This document shows, one piece after another, positions 7,578 to 17,896 of a stretch of 26,089 nt of DNA. Origin of the DNA: a virus (Duplodnaviria > Caudoviricetes); the IMG/VR virus record IMGVR_UViG_3300025084_000190, positions 1-26,089 of that record; one strand, 5' to 3'. The notes beneath the pieces were generated by a model. The model was given only the letters and a program-made list of their open reading frames with translations. It had not been told where the DNA came from and did no database searches. Position numbers and translations under genes: made by a program. How positions within the stretch are numbered: position 1 is the first letter of the stretch; every line of letters begins with the position of its first letter.

Positions 7578-7768
7578 TTGATTAACTGCTTAAGGAGGGA
7601 CTTGATTTCGGACATTTCTTCCTTCAAAGTATTTAGTTCCGAGACTACATTTTTAAATTCGTTGGAAAAAGATTTACGTGTATTTTTAGGGGCAGTTGAA
7701 ACAATTGCCCCAGTAGTTACATCTCTGACAAATCCATCCTGACCTTCAACTTTGATATAACGTTGCAT
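7574..7768 (-). CDS. Small hypothetical protein with a C-terminal coiled coil (64 aa)
   Basis: YIKVEGQDGFVRDVTTGAIV N-terminus plus the heptad-like ELNTLKEEMSEIKSLLKQL. Tightly packed: 1 nt after the VrlC-like stop and an ATGA overlap with the fibre gene. Resembles the small gene usually found after VrlC in cyanomyoviruses. Confidence 0.8.
   Translation of the reverse strand: MQRYIKVEGQDGFVRDVTTGAIVSTAPKNTRKSFSNEFKNVVSELNTLKEEMSEIKSLLKQLIK
7628..7637 (-). promoter_or_regulatory. Possible internal late promoter ACTAAATACT upstream of the 630-aa fibre gene
   Basis: Identical to the 10-mer at 5671-5680. It lies inside the 64-aa CDS, about 50 nt upstream of the fibre ATG. Confidence 0.35.
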
Positions 7769-7769
7769 A

Positions 7770-10700
7770 TCAGAATGAAGCTACTGCTCGTAGATCCTGG
7801 ATCTTGGGAATATATGCAGGGTCGTCTGTCTTCATAACAATCTTAATAGCAAAGGAAGAGAATTCTGTTAAGTCTTCTTCACTATATCTCAATTCTTGAT
7901 AAGAAGATTGCTTCTCAAATTGACCGGAGATACTATTTTCTGCCGTAGCAATGTTACTAGATTGGTCGGAATCTCCAGTACCATTAAAATATTCCCAGTT
8001 AATATCATCAAAGTTTTGCTGTGATGCTGCAGGTTTAATCTTGTAGAATACTTTAATATTTTCTACATCTTGTACATTTAATGTTAAGTAAACATTAATA
8101 GAAGATGCTGGATTATTAATAAAGATTTCTTTAGTGACATATTTTGAAGCACCAGAAGTATTTACAGAACCATTTTCTGCAACGTAGTCAATTCCTTGAC
8201 TAAATGACATGTCACTAACTTCTGCAAATTTGGTGGTTTCAAAAGATGATCCGTCGAAGTCAAGTAAATCACCTACCCGGAAGATATCAGTAACTTGATC
8301 TGATGTCTGACTTTGCCTTGCATAATCACTACCTAAAGTAATTTCATTTGTGAAGTTATTATTAATGGGTTGCTTATCATTTTCTAAAGTTAAAATTTTA
8401 GTTTTAGAATCCCATGAAATTATCTTGCCACTAATTTTATTTTCATATTTTTCACTTCTGATAGATGGGTTAATAGCATTTACAGTTGCTCCAACAACAA
8501 AAGTAGGTACTTGTTCAAAAACACCAGCATTAGAAACAGTCACGTTAAAGGTTTCATAATCTCCACCGCTAGCAGATTGGGTACTGAAGAATAACTCTTC
8601 TCCCACTGTAAACTGCAGTGAGTTTTTAATTTTAACATAAACATCATTATTAATAATCCTCAAGACTTCAGATTCTGCTCCGGACGTTTGTCCAGTAACA
8701 TTTTGTCCGAGAGTCACCGCAATATCATCACCACCAACACCATCATTATTACCAGAAACTTCAAATTTGTATATTGGATATACTTTAATAACTTGATACT
8801 TTTTACCAAATCTATCTTCTGAACCTGTGGCATTGTCTATACGGTTAGATATAGTTTTTACCGAGGCAGAGCGTAAATCGATAACAGGAGAAAGATGAGA
8901 AGATTCTGAAGAAAGATTAATCTTATATTGTAAAGAATGTCCAGTACCATTTACAACTTCATTAATACTTGAAGCAATCATTTTCTGGTTTAAGAAATAT
9001 TGCTCCTCATTTAAGAAAGTGGTCTCCATAGGAGTCACATCATATGAAGCATACGTTGACGTAGAAGAATCTACTGGAATTACATTGGTAGTCTTGACAA
9101 AACTATCAATCTTTGTACTTGATAACTGCAAATATGGAATTTGTGCATACAACTTCTCATACTTTCTATTATAAGAAGCAAGAATACTATTTCCTCCTCC
9201 TAATCCAGTAGCAGCTGCTCTGGACGGTCCAACAATAGTGTAAGTATCAATACCAGAATTGGCAACAGTATATAAGGATGATTCAATATCAATTTCGTTA
9301 TATCCAGCAAAGTCATCTACACCACGGAAGAATACTTTGGAATTACCCAAACCTTCAAATCCATGATCTCTATGATAAACCTTAACAATATTGCTGTTGT
9401 TTTTAAACAATGCAGATGTTGCTGTACTGTTAGCTAACGCATAAGTTTCAAATGCATCTGATTCTAATTTCTCGAATCCGATCTCAGCGTTAGTAATATT
9501 TAATTCTGCAACTCTAGAGATATCAAATTCTGCTCTATGAATACTGAACTTAATGTCTTCAAATAAATCTTCACTCCAGTTATCAGTGTTTTGTGACTTG
9601 AATACAGATCCAAGCAGAGGTTGAGCATTCACAACTAAACCAGAAGAAATATCAGTCTCTCCTAATCGTGAAGCCCAGATTTCATATTCGGTATCATCAC
9701 ACTCAATATTGATTGCGTATTCGGTATCATTCTGTAAGTATACCGGATAATCAAAATTGAATCTTGTAGGCGTTGTAGATCTAACAGAATCGCCTGTATC
9801 AGAAGCAATACCCATTCTTACTGCAGGTTCATCTATAATAAGTTTAGACTCGATCACAGCACCTGTGGCACCGTTTCCTGAACCTCTAACTACAATCGAA
9901 GGTGGTTCTGTATATCCTCTACCACCCAAAGCAATTTCTGCATAGTAAACCTGACCGTTAGAAACTTTTACAGAACCTGTAGCAGTACTTCCACCAGGAA
10001 GTTGAGGACTTTCTACGGTGATAGTAGCACCTTCGTATCCAGAACCTAAAGTAGTAACATCAAGAGAACCAACTTTGCCGGAGTCTTTTGCGATCTTCAA
10101 TCCAATAGTAGCATTATTAGAATTATTGAATTGAGTAACTGAAGTAAGAACTAAATCTTCATTAGCAAAGAATGAACTACCGTTGTGGTTGCTTAATACA
10201 AAAGTATATACTTGCTCATTAGTAATATCAATTTCACCATTACTTGATGCTACCACCTCAAAATTATTCTTATCTAATACTTTTGCGATAGGACCAGAAG
10301 CAAGAGATCTTGCACCAGTTACATACTCTCCAATATTAATGGTGATATTACCAGAAGAGAATACCTTGATTAAAGTATCAGGATATAAAGTAACTTGTGA
10401 CCCAGGTAGAATATACTTACTTGGTTTCTCACTCTCGATATTAGTCAGATAGACTCTCAAAGGAATAGTAGAACTTTTCTTGGAGAAAAATAGATCTACT
10501 GCAGTAGCAAACATACCACCCTCAAAGTTCTCTACTCTGAAAGTTTGTGCAAGAGGATTCGGTCTAGCTTTGTTTTCAGTGTTACTATCAATTGTCTGAA
10601 CGCCTTCATTTGCTTTGAAGATAGCAGGTGCAGTGGAGATAATAGAAGCAGGATTCTCTGGAAGAATGCCGGTTGCATAGAACTTAACTTCTGCATAACT

Positions 10701-13700
10701 ATCTACAGAATCTTTATCACTATCAGTTGAACTAGTTGTAAATCTAATATTCTTGGCACCAGTAGAGAAGTACAGTTCTTCTGTTGTGGTATCATACTGC
10801 ATAGTGTTGATATCACCTGTCCATGATGTATTCATTTGTGGTGCAAGACCTGCAGGTATTAAAATAATTCCGCTGGCATTGCCATATTCGTCAGTAGTTA
10901 AAGAAGTATTAAATGTAGTTAAAGAGTTTCCTGCAACCCCAGTAAACCTAGAGTCTGGATTAACCCAACGCCCAATAGATTTTTTGTCCATGAAGACATA
11001 CAATTGTGTCTTCGGCTTCAATCTCTTAACAACAAACTTGACTGGGATAGATCTTGCAAAAAATCTCAACGAGTTAGCAACGTTAGTTCCGTTAATTGTT
11101 TTATAACCCACCCCTTTAGCAATTTCATTATTTTGAGGACTTACATTAGAAGAACTCGAAACACTAGCAGAGTTTACTGTTGAATTAGAAATATCGCTAT
11201 TGCTTTCACCAAAACTGTTAATATTATAGAAAGTCTTGTTAACACCAACCCAGTTGATAATAAAGGAATTGTAAATGCTAGCAAAAGCAGATCTAACATC
11301 TGACTTGCCGAGGAAAATAGAAAATAGGTTAGTATTATTTTCGGTTACTAAAGGAGCAACAGTGGTGTTATACCATTGATCGATATTAGGAATTAACGAC
11401 GCATCACCTACGTATTGGAGAATAACGAATGGGTTGGGATTAATAGTTTTAGTTGCGAATGTATTAGACGCATAAGAAACATTACTATAAGGCAATGTAA
11501 TTACATCATTAGAATTTTTATATCCTGATAATGATCTTTGATCTTCGCGACTATTAATTTCTACAAGAGTAAAACTATCTTCTTTAGACTGTGGACGCAA
11601 AACAGATTGCTGTGGATCAACAGAACAAAGATAGTCTAAAGACTTAACATTGCCAACCTGATGTGTTTCAAAGTTGTCAACTACAAAACCACTTTTTGTT
11701 TTGTCAATACCCAAGACATCTTTTACTTGCATGTTGAGTGCTTGCTGCTCAAGAATGCTTAATGTAGTATAATACTCTAAACGTTCAATACGCTTTTCCA
11801 ATTTACCAATATCCTTCATCGTATATCTACGATTATCTACAGGAATAATTCTTACATCTTTACTTGATTTGGTAAATGCTGGGACATAAACATAATAAAG
11901 AGGAATACCATCTTCAATAATTTCTGGTTTTGATGGGTTCAATGAAGAGTTGCCTGTCTTAACTAGAAACTCTCCTTTTTTGTTTAAGAATATACCATCA
12001 ATTCTGTCTAGATATTGAGACTCACTAAACTTCATCGTGTATGGAAGCAGTCTGCTAGATGAAGGAGTACTTGAAACAGAACCACCATCACCAATAAAAC
12101 TGATATAATCTGCTTGTGATAGTAATGAAGTATCTTGGAAACCAGTAATAATTGTATTGGAATCAACTTTAGGTCTAAAGTCAATAACGTTCTTAAGATT
12201 TACAATACCATATACAGTACTATTGAACGAAGGGATTTTATCTGCAGTTACACCCGCTTCATGTACATAAGAATCAACGGTACAAAAATCTCCTTGAGAA
12301 TGCTGGAAATAATCAAAGGCAACAACTAGTTGACCTGAAGGAGTAGAGAATCCAGGTTTCAATACAATTCTAGAAATATCATAGAATGTTTCTCTTTGAC
12401 CATCGTCAAAAGTAAAGTGGTTTGTGATATCTGTACCAACAACTAAATTACCATTTACATCAACTGTTGGTGGTGAAGATGCAGAACCTTCGTAGATATA
12501 CTTAATAGCATAAACATCAGAATAACTAAATGACTCGGTGCTCTCATCGTCATAGTTAATTCCTCTCAAAGGAATAACTCTGTCACCAGATGTTCTGATA
12601 ACAATTCTTCTATTTGGAATAGATGTTTTTAACTTTGGTCTGCCTTTTGAAATTTCAATTGTAGCAGTTAGTTTTAATTTGGGGAAGTTAGAAACATTTG
12701 ATCCAAAATAATTACTCGGGAATCCAATAGTAATACTACCAGATGATAGTCCAGAAGTCGCATCAGTAGTATTTAAAATATTTACATACTCTGGTCTCAA
12801 GAAAACAATATCACCAGTTTCTACTTTATCAGAATCGCCTTTATCTAAAACCGTAACAACAAAATCTTTTTCATTGAACTCAACAAATCTTTGAGTACCA
12901 AAATCTAATTGTGCTGCAAATGTAACAGTACCACCACTACTAGATCCTGTAGTTACAAAATCTCTTCTTGTGTAATATTTGATTTTGGTATCTTCTGTAG
13001 TATTAATTAAACTACTTACTTCTTTACTTCCGGTAGGGAATACCAATGAAGAAATAGCAGAGTTATTAATAGTAGGACGCAATCTTACTACTGAAGATGC
13101 GCTTACATGTTCTGGAAGAGCTCCGTTTAAATAAATTCTTGATTTGGTAGTACCTTGACCATCAGTTGCATAATCAACAATAAATTTGTGAATGATTCCT
13201 GCAGAATCACTGAATTGGATTGCATCTCCTTGAACTAAAAATGCTCCAGCACTTGCTCCAAATCCTGTACATTCTAGGAATTTAAAACCTTTGGTTCCTG
13301 AGAAAGTAAATTGTGTTACTGGTGTTGATGATGCATAAGTAGGATCAACTGTCTCTACATCTGCAGTAAATACATTTCCTGAACCATAAACAGAATATAA
13401 TGATTTGACGTTATTTGCAGAAAAATTAAGAACTGTATTTTTAAACAGTACTGGCAAAACTTTTGCTTCGATTGTATACGATCCAGTAAATTCAATTACA
13501 GGAGGAGCTACGTAATCTAGAGAAACTGCATCTCTGTTTAAAATTTGTACCTTGTATAAAGTTCCTCCACTAACACCCACCGAAATATCTGATGACTGAT
13601 ATGATCCAACAAAGACTTCTGATGGTTCGTATTGAACTCCATCAATAGAAATTTTTGCAGTATTTGAATATCCAGTTCCTTGACGTGATACAACAAAGTG

Positions 13701-15914
13701 AGAAATAGTATTTTCTTTGGCAATTCTTAAAATACCACCTTCTTCATTGGTAATAGTTTCTCCTGATTTGAAATTACCATACAAAGTTTTTACATACAGA
13801 CTTCTACCAGAAGATAAGAATCCATTACTATTACCTTCAATTACTCCGTAAGCACCACTTTCAGAACCAACAATATATTTACCAGGACTGAAGTCTGATG
13901 TGATTAAAGAGTCAACTAATAACCTAGTAAAAAATACTGGGTTGAAGTATGAAAGATTGAAGATACCATTATAAGTAGATTCTCCTGAAGACAACCTTCC
14001 TTTAGAGATAACTACATCCGTATCAGGATTGAATCCTGTTGCATTTTTTAAAAGAGTGAAATCTTTTGGTTTTGCTACGCCAACTAACGGAGTGATAGTT
14101 TGATCATAATCAACAATAAATCCAATCTCATTAATTTCTTGTTGGGCATCAGACTCTTTGTTATACAGAAGTCTTCTTCTTGTACTTACATTATCGTCAT
14201 ACTCAATAAAAATAGTTTCTAAATAATCTTTTCTTCCAGCAACAGTTAGTTGTAAGAATTGTGCGTTAACATCTCCTACTTCTGGTCTTGTTACTTTGGC
14301 ATAAGAAATAGTCTCTACACTCTTTACTGTAGATACAGCATTAGTAGATGTTCTTGTGTTAACAAAATAAATGTTCTTGAGGTCTGCACGATCTGAAGGA
14401 GTATTAGGTTCGATGCTCGATTCGTCAATCAACCCAAGATCTAAATCTGCAAACAAATAAATTGTTTTGATTGCATCATCTTTACCGAAAGATTTACCTC
14501 TTCTTTCTAAAGTCTGTAGATAATTAGTAGAAGACTCTAAATCATTTGATCCAATAGTTCCATCATTATATACAGAATTCAGGAAAATTGTTGGATATGC
14601 AGTAAGTTCTGAACCTTCTGCATTAAGTGGTACACTATTATAAACGTTAGTGATATTAAAACTAGCAAGACTATTTGTTTTAATACTAATGTTATCTCTA
14701 ACTAATGTATCTCTTGCTTTATCTAATTCTAAATATTTTGTTTCCTTATTAACAATTTCATATCCACGGACATATGCTTTTCCGGGACCAACAGAAACTG
14801 TTAGTTTTTCTGATGCTTCTGTTGGTGTTAATCCATTAACAGTCTGATCAGTACCTAAAGAATAAATTCCTAAATTCCCACCTTGCTGATAATACTCTCG
14901 GATCTCGACATCAAAATTATCAACAATATAATCACCAGACTCATCATATGTTCTTCTTGCTAAAGTTTCTTGTATAAGACTATAGTCAACTTTTCTTACC
15001 TGACGCTCTACAACACCATTCTTGATGGAAAGCAGTTGGATAAAATTCTTATCAGGAGTTTGATTATACTCATATTTTACAAGTTCTAATTGAATTTGTA
15101 ATCTATGTGCTCCTGGAGATGCAAAATTAGAAGATCCTGCAGCATTATCATATAAACTAGAATCTTTTTCTGGTGTTACTACAGACTCGGATACGTTAAA
15201 ACCAACTTTTATGGATGGTGTTTGGGTATATCCAGAAACAAGAATAAGACCTGCGTCATTACGAACAAAAAATCCATTGACAAAGTAGATACCTTCTTCT
15301 ACTTTAACAGCAGAACCATATCCCATGGCAGGACTAGTAACAAAAGTCACCTCTCCTGTGTCTGGATTAGTTACAGAAATACTTGTAGGTAGAACACTGC
15401 CATCAGTACCAACAACAAGCAGAGGGCTATTAACGCCATCGACAATTTCCAGAGTTTCGCCTTGACGGAATGTTTCTTCGTCTCCACCATCACCTGCTGT
15501 AAGATACTTAACATAAATTGTGTCATTACTATTGTCTGTCGCTTTAGTTATGGCAAGAACTAAAGCAGACACTCCGGAAGACAATCCAGAAATTTTCTGT
15601 CCAACTAAATCAGAAATATCATACTTCTGATACACAATTTCGCCATCAATACTGATAGCAACTTCAGAAACTGATGATAGTTTTACAAAATCTAATTTTG
15701 TATTCAGACCAACCTCACCAGGAATAACCAGATCTCCCTGCTTAAACTGATGTTTGCCATAATTTTCAATCTGATTCTGCAGAATCGACTGGATACTATT
15801 CAGCTCCCTACCCTGAATGGGGTAGGAAGGTCTGAATAATACCTTGTAGAAGTCTTTCCCTGAATCGTAGTCGTCAAAATAAGGGATGGAGTTGAGATTA
15901 GTCTTCTGTGGCAT
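7770..15914 (-). CDS. VrlC-like / DUF4815-type giant virion structural protein (2714 aa)
   Basis: N-terminus PYFDDYD...FYKVLFRP..PIQGRELNSIQSILQNQI, plus APGAHRLQI, LARRTYDESGDY, GKAYVRGYE, RRYTMKDIGKLEKRIERLEYYTTLSILE, KSGFVVDNF, NPLAQTF and C-terminal PKIQDLRAVA. These are hallmarks of the VrlC-like protein that follows gp8 in cyanomyoviruses. Confidence 0.88.
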   Translation of the reverse strand: MPQKTNLNSIPYFDDYDSGKDFYKVLFRPSYPIQGRELNSIQSILQNQIENYGKHQFKQGDLVIPGEVGLNTKLDFVKLSSVSEVAISIDGEIVYQKYDISDLVGQKISGLSSGVSALVLAITKATDNSNDTIYVKYLTAGDGGDEETFRQGETLEIVDGVNSPLLVVGTDGSVLPTSISVTNPDTGEVTFVTSPAMGYGSAVKVEEGIYFVNGFFVRNDAGLILVSGYTQTPSIKVGFNVSESVVTPEKDSSLYDNAAGSSNFASPGAHRLQIQLELVKYEYNQTPDKNFIQLLSIKNGVVERQVRKVDYSLIQETLARRTYDESGDYIVDNFDVEIREYYQQGGNLGIYSLGTDQTVNGLTPTEASEKLTVSVGPGKAYVRGYEIVNKETKYLELDKARDTLVRDNISIKTNSLASFNITNVYNSVPLNAEGSELTAYPTIFLNSVYNDGTIGSNDLESSTNYLQTLERRGKSFGKDDAIKTIYLFADLDLGLIDESSIEPNTPSDRADLKNIYFVNTRTSTNAVSTVKSVETISYAKVTRPEVGDVNAQFLQLTVAGRKDYLETIFIEYDDNVSTRRRLLYNKESDAQQEINEIGFIVDYDQTITPLVGVAKPKDFTLLKNATGFNPDTDVVISKGRLSSGESTYNGIFNLSYFNPVFFTRLLVDSLITSDFSPGKYIVGSESGAYGVIEGNSNGFLSSGRSLYVKTLYGNFKSGETITNEEGGILRIAKENTISHFVVSRQGTGYSNTAKISIDGVQYEPSEVFVGSYQSSDISVGVSGGTLYKVQILNRDAVSLDYVAPPVIEFTGSYTIEAKVLPVLFKNTVLNFSANNVKSLYSVYGSGNVFTADVETVDPTYASSTPVTQFTFSGTKGFKFLECTGFGASAGAFLVQGDAIQFSDSAGIIHKFIVDYATDGQGTTKSRIYLNGALPEHVSASSVVRLRPTINNSAISSLVFPTGSKEVSSLINTTEDTKIKYYTRRDFVTTGSSSGGTVTFAAQLDFGTQRFVEFNEKDFVVTVLDKGDSDKVETGDIVFLRPEYVNILNTTDATSGLSSGSITIGFPSNYFGSNVSNFPKLKLTATIEISKGRPKLKTSIPNRRIVIRTSGDRVIPLRGINYDDESTESFSYSDVYAIKYIYEGSASSPPTVDVNGNLVVGTDITNHFTFDDGQRETFYDISRIVLKPGFSTPSGQLVVAFDYFQHSQGDFCTVDSYVHEAGVTADKIPSFNSTVYGIVNLKNVIDFRPKVDSNTIITGFQDTSLLSQADYISFIGDGGSVSSTPSSSRLLPYTMKFSESQYLDRIDGIFLNKKGEFLVKTGNSSLNPSKPEIIEDGIPLYYVYVPAFTKSSKDVRIIPVDNRRYTMKDIGKLEKRIERLEYYTTLSILEQQALNMQVKDVLGIDKTKSGFVVDNFETHQVGNVKSLDYLCSVDPQQSVLRPQSKEDSFTLVEINSREDQRSLSGYKNSNDVITLPYSNVSYASNTFATKTINPNPFVILQYVGDASLIPNIDQWYNTTVAPLVTENNTNLFSIFLGKSDVRSAFASIYNSFIINWVGVNKTFYNINSFGESNSDISNSTVNSASVSSSSNVSPQNNEIAKGVGYKTINGTNVANSLRFFARSIPVKFVVKRLKPKTQLYVFMDKKSIGRWVNPDSRFTGVAGNSLTTFNTSLTTDEYGNASGIILIPAGLAPQMNTSWTGDINTMQYDTTTEELYFSTGAKNIRFTTSSTDSDKDSVDSYAEVKFYATGILPENPASIISTAPAIFKANEGVQTIDSNTENKARPNPLAQTFRVENFEGGMFATAVDLFFSKKSSTIPLRVYLTNIESEKPSKYILPGSQVTLYPDTLIKVFSSGNITINIGEYVTGARSLASGPIAKVLDKNNFEVVASSNGEIDITNEQVYTFVLSNHNGSSFFANEDLVLTSVTQFNNSNNATIGLKIAKDSGKVGSLDVTTLGSGYEGATITVESPQLPGGSTATGSVKVSNGQVYYAEIALGGRGYTEPPSIVVRGSGNGATGAVIESKLIIDEPAVRMGIASDTGDSVRSTTPTRFNFDYPVYLQNDTEYAINIECDDTEYEIWASRLGETDISSGLVVNAQPLLGSVFKSQNTDNWSEDLFEDIKFSIHRAEFDISRVAELNITNAEIGFEKLESDAFETYALANSTATSALFKNNSNIVKVYHRDHGFEGLGNSKVFFRGVDDFAGYNEIDIESSLYTVANSGIDTYTIVGPSRAAATGLGGGNSILASYNRKYEKLYAQIPYLQLSSTKIDSFVKTTNVIPVDSSTSTYASYDVTPMETTFLNEEQYFLNQKMIASSINEVVNGTGHSLQYKINLSSESSHLSPVIDLRSASVKTISNRIDNATGSEDRFGKKYQVIKVYPIYKFEVSGNNDGVGGDDIAVTLGQNVTGQTSGAESEVLRIINNDVYVKIKNSLQFTVGEELFFSTQSASGGDYETFNVTVSNAGVFEQVPTFVVGATVNAINPSIRSEKYENKISGKIISWDSKTKILTLENDKQPINNNFTNEITLGSDYARQSQTSDQVTDIFRVGDLLDFDGSSFETTKFAEVSDMSFSQGIDYVAENGSVNTSGASKYVTKEIFINNPASSINVYLTLNVQDVENIKVFYKIKPAASQQNFDDINWEYFNGTGDSDQSSNIATAENSISGQFEKQSSYQELRYSEEDLTEFSSFAIKIVMKTDDPAYIPKIQDLRAVASF

Positions 15915-15953
15915 TGTAATATACTACCGTCTGGTTGGAATTTAATTAATAAA

Positions 15954-17831
15954 TCAGAACTCGATGACTAACTTGATATCTTCGATTTGATCAGCAGCTC
16001 TGGTAATTAGTCTTCTGTTCTCTATGTATATGAGATCTCCAGAGTTGTTTTCAATTTCTGGATTTGCCAAACCATCTACAAAAACAGAACCAACTAATTG
16101 AGTTCCATCCACAAGAGCAACTTCAACAGTACCTGCTGAACCAGAACCAGAACCATCAATGGTATTAGCAGCATCCGATTCAAACGCTCTCACAACACCG
16201 TTATCTTTATGCAAGGTAGGTGTTTGGATATACTTAAGAACGCCACTTCCAGGGGTTCCTGGAGTAGGTGTAGGACTTCCAGCATCAAGAGTCCAAGAAA
16301 CTACAGTACCATGAGCAGTACCGCCACCTACAGTCTGACTGATAGACTCGTCAGCGATATAGTTTCCTGTTGCTCCAGTAACCTTAACTGCCTTCAATCC
16401 GTTTAATGTGTCTGCGGTGGCAAACGTTGTAGATCCAAACTCATAAGGATCTTTGATAATACCAATGCGGCGGAAATCATTATCTACAGGGAAGTCGCCA
16501 GCATTCTCGATGAAAGTAAGACGAATATTTGTCATAACTCTTTTGGAGTTAAGTTCCATCTCAAAGTCAGAACCATGTCCACCTTGTGGGGGCAGTACAG
16601 GATCTAATGCAGGAGTGTCAGTTGCTGTTACTGTTTCTGAAACTGTCAGTGCGCTATCAGAGAATAATCCAATTGCTTCTGTACTTCCGGCAGTACCTAA
16701 AGGAACACCGGTAACAAAAGGAATAGATGCATAAGTATAACCAGATCCTGGTGAGATTACTTTAGCACTAGTAACTACTCCACCACCGACTGTAACTTCC
16801 GCTACACCACCTACACCATCTCCTACTACAGAAGCATAGAATGTGCCTGATACAGGAGCAGTGAGAGTGCCTGGGTTGTTGATTAAAGCAATATCCAAAG
16901 CACCATTAGTTGCAGCTGCTTCAGTTGCAACTCTAGTAGTTTCTCCAGCAGCATTGATTGGCATAAAATCAGTAGACAAGAATGCCAATACATCATCGGT
17001 TGGGATGGTGTACATGTACTTCCAGACATAAGAATCGTCAGGAGCAGTGAAGATGCCGTTAGTGTAAGAACCTAAACCAGGTTGAGGATTTGTTCTGGGT
17101 TCGTGTTGAATATTAACGCCAGTTGGATTTGCTGCACTTTCTCCATTGTAGAGGCACTTGAATACCTCATACGATTGATTCATAATGTAGAATTTAGAAT
17201 TGCCAATCGAAGTTGCACCCAATGATGCTGTTTTGCCAATCTGACCGCCACCAGCTGGTGTTGCAAAATAATCAGGTTTCCACATATCAAACTTGGGATT
17301 GTTAATAACATCCCAGTTATAACGTCTTACAACGTGCCTTGCATAAGAACTTGTAATTCTTTTAGCAGCAATGATATCACTGTAGATACCAAATTTTTCT
17401 GTTTGGTTATCAAGAGGAACTGGAGGAATATTCTCGGTGGAGAATCTGTATACTCCAGTTGTTGCTGTTACTGATTTGTTTGCATTGGTTGTCTGATTAT
17501 AACCCGTTAACGTCGAACCAAGAGCAGGAGCATCAGTAACTAAAGGACCGATGCTTGAAAGAAGAAGAGAATTGTCAAGAACTTTAGTTACAGTTGCTTT
17601 AAAAGTAGCTCCTGCCCAAGACGCACCAACATACACTCCATCGCCAACGGCAAAAGAGTCTGGTCCGTCTACTGAATAAATTTCTAGATAAGACTCCCAT
17701 GCTTGGGGTCTACCAACAAAGAAGTACATTCTACTCCTTTCACTGCCAGTGTCACTAGAACCTTCTGACAGGGATTCTAGGAACTGCTTTGCATTAAAAA
17801 TTCTGAACTTTTCCGAGATAATAGCAGCCAT
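15954..17831 (-). CDS. gp8: Baseplate wedge subunit, T4 gp8-like (625 aa)
   Basis: MAAIISEKFRIFNAKQF, YFFVGRPQAW, VVRRYNW, YEVFKCLYN, DSYVWKYMYTIP, DFRRIGIIKDP and C-terminal SGDLIYIENRRLITRAADQIEDIKLVIEF. Located directly after gp7. Confidence 0.92.
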   Translation of the reverse strand: MAAIISEKFRIFNAKQFLESLSEGSSDTGSERSRMYFFVGRPQAWESYLEIYSVDGPDSFAVGDGVYVGASWAGATFKATVTKVLDNSLLLSSIGPLVTDAPALGSTLTGYNQTTNANKSVTATTGVYRFSTENIPPVPLDNQTEKFGIYSDIIAAKRITSSYARHVVRRYNWDVINNPKFDMWKPDYFATPAGGGQIGKTASLGATSIGNSKFYIMNQSYEVFKCLYNGESAANPTGVNIQHEPRTNPQPGLGSYTNGIFTAPDDSYVWKYMYTIPTDDVLAFLSTDFMPINAAGETTRVATEAAATNGALDIALINNPGTLTAPVSGTFYASVVGDGVGGVAEVTVGGGVVTSAKVISPGSGYTYASIPFVTGVPLGTAGSTEAIGLFSDSALTVSETVTATDTPALDPVLPPQGGHGSDFEMELNSKRVMTNIRLTFIENAGDFPVDNDFRRIGIIKDPYEFGSTTFATADTLNGLKAVKVTGATGNYIADESISQTVGGGTAHGTVVSWTLDAGSPTPTPGTPGSGVLKYIQTPTLHKDNGVVRAFESDAANTIDGSGSGSAGTVEVALVDGTQLVGSVFVDGLANPEIENNSGDLIYIENRRLITRAADQIEDIKLVIEF

Positions 17832-17862
17832 TGAGAGTAAGGTTACGGGTTGATTTCTGTGT

Positions 17863-17876
17863 TATTTATATTTATA
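17863..17876 (-). promoter_or_regulatory. Two overlapping T4-type late promoters (TATAAATATAAATA)
   Basis: tatttata at both 17863-17870 and 17869-17876, in the gp7-gp8 intergenic gap. Confidence 0.75.
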
Positions 17877-17896
17877 CTGCTTAACCAGCAGTTTAA

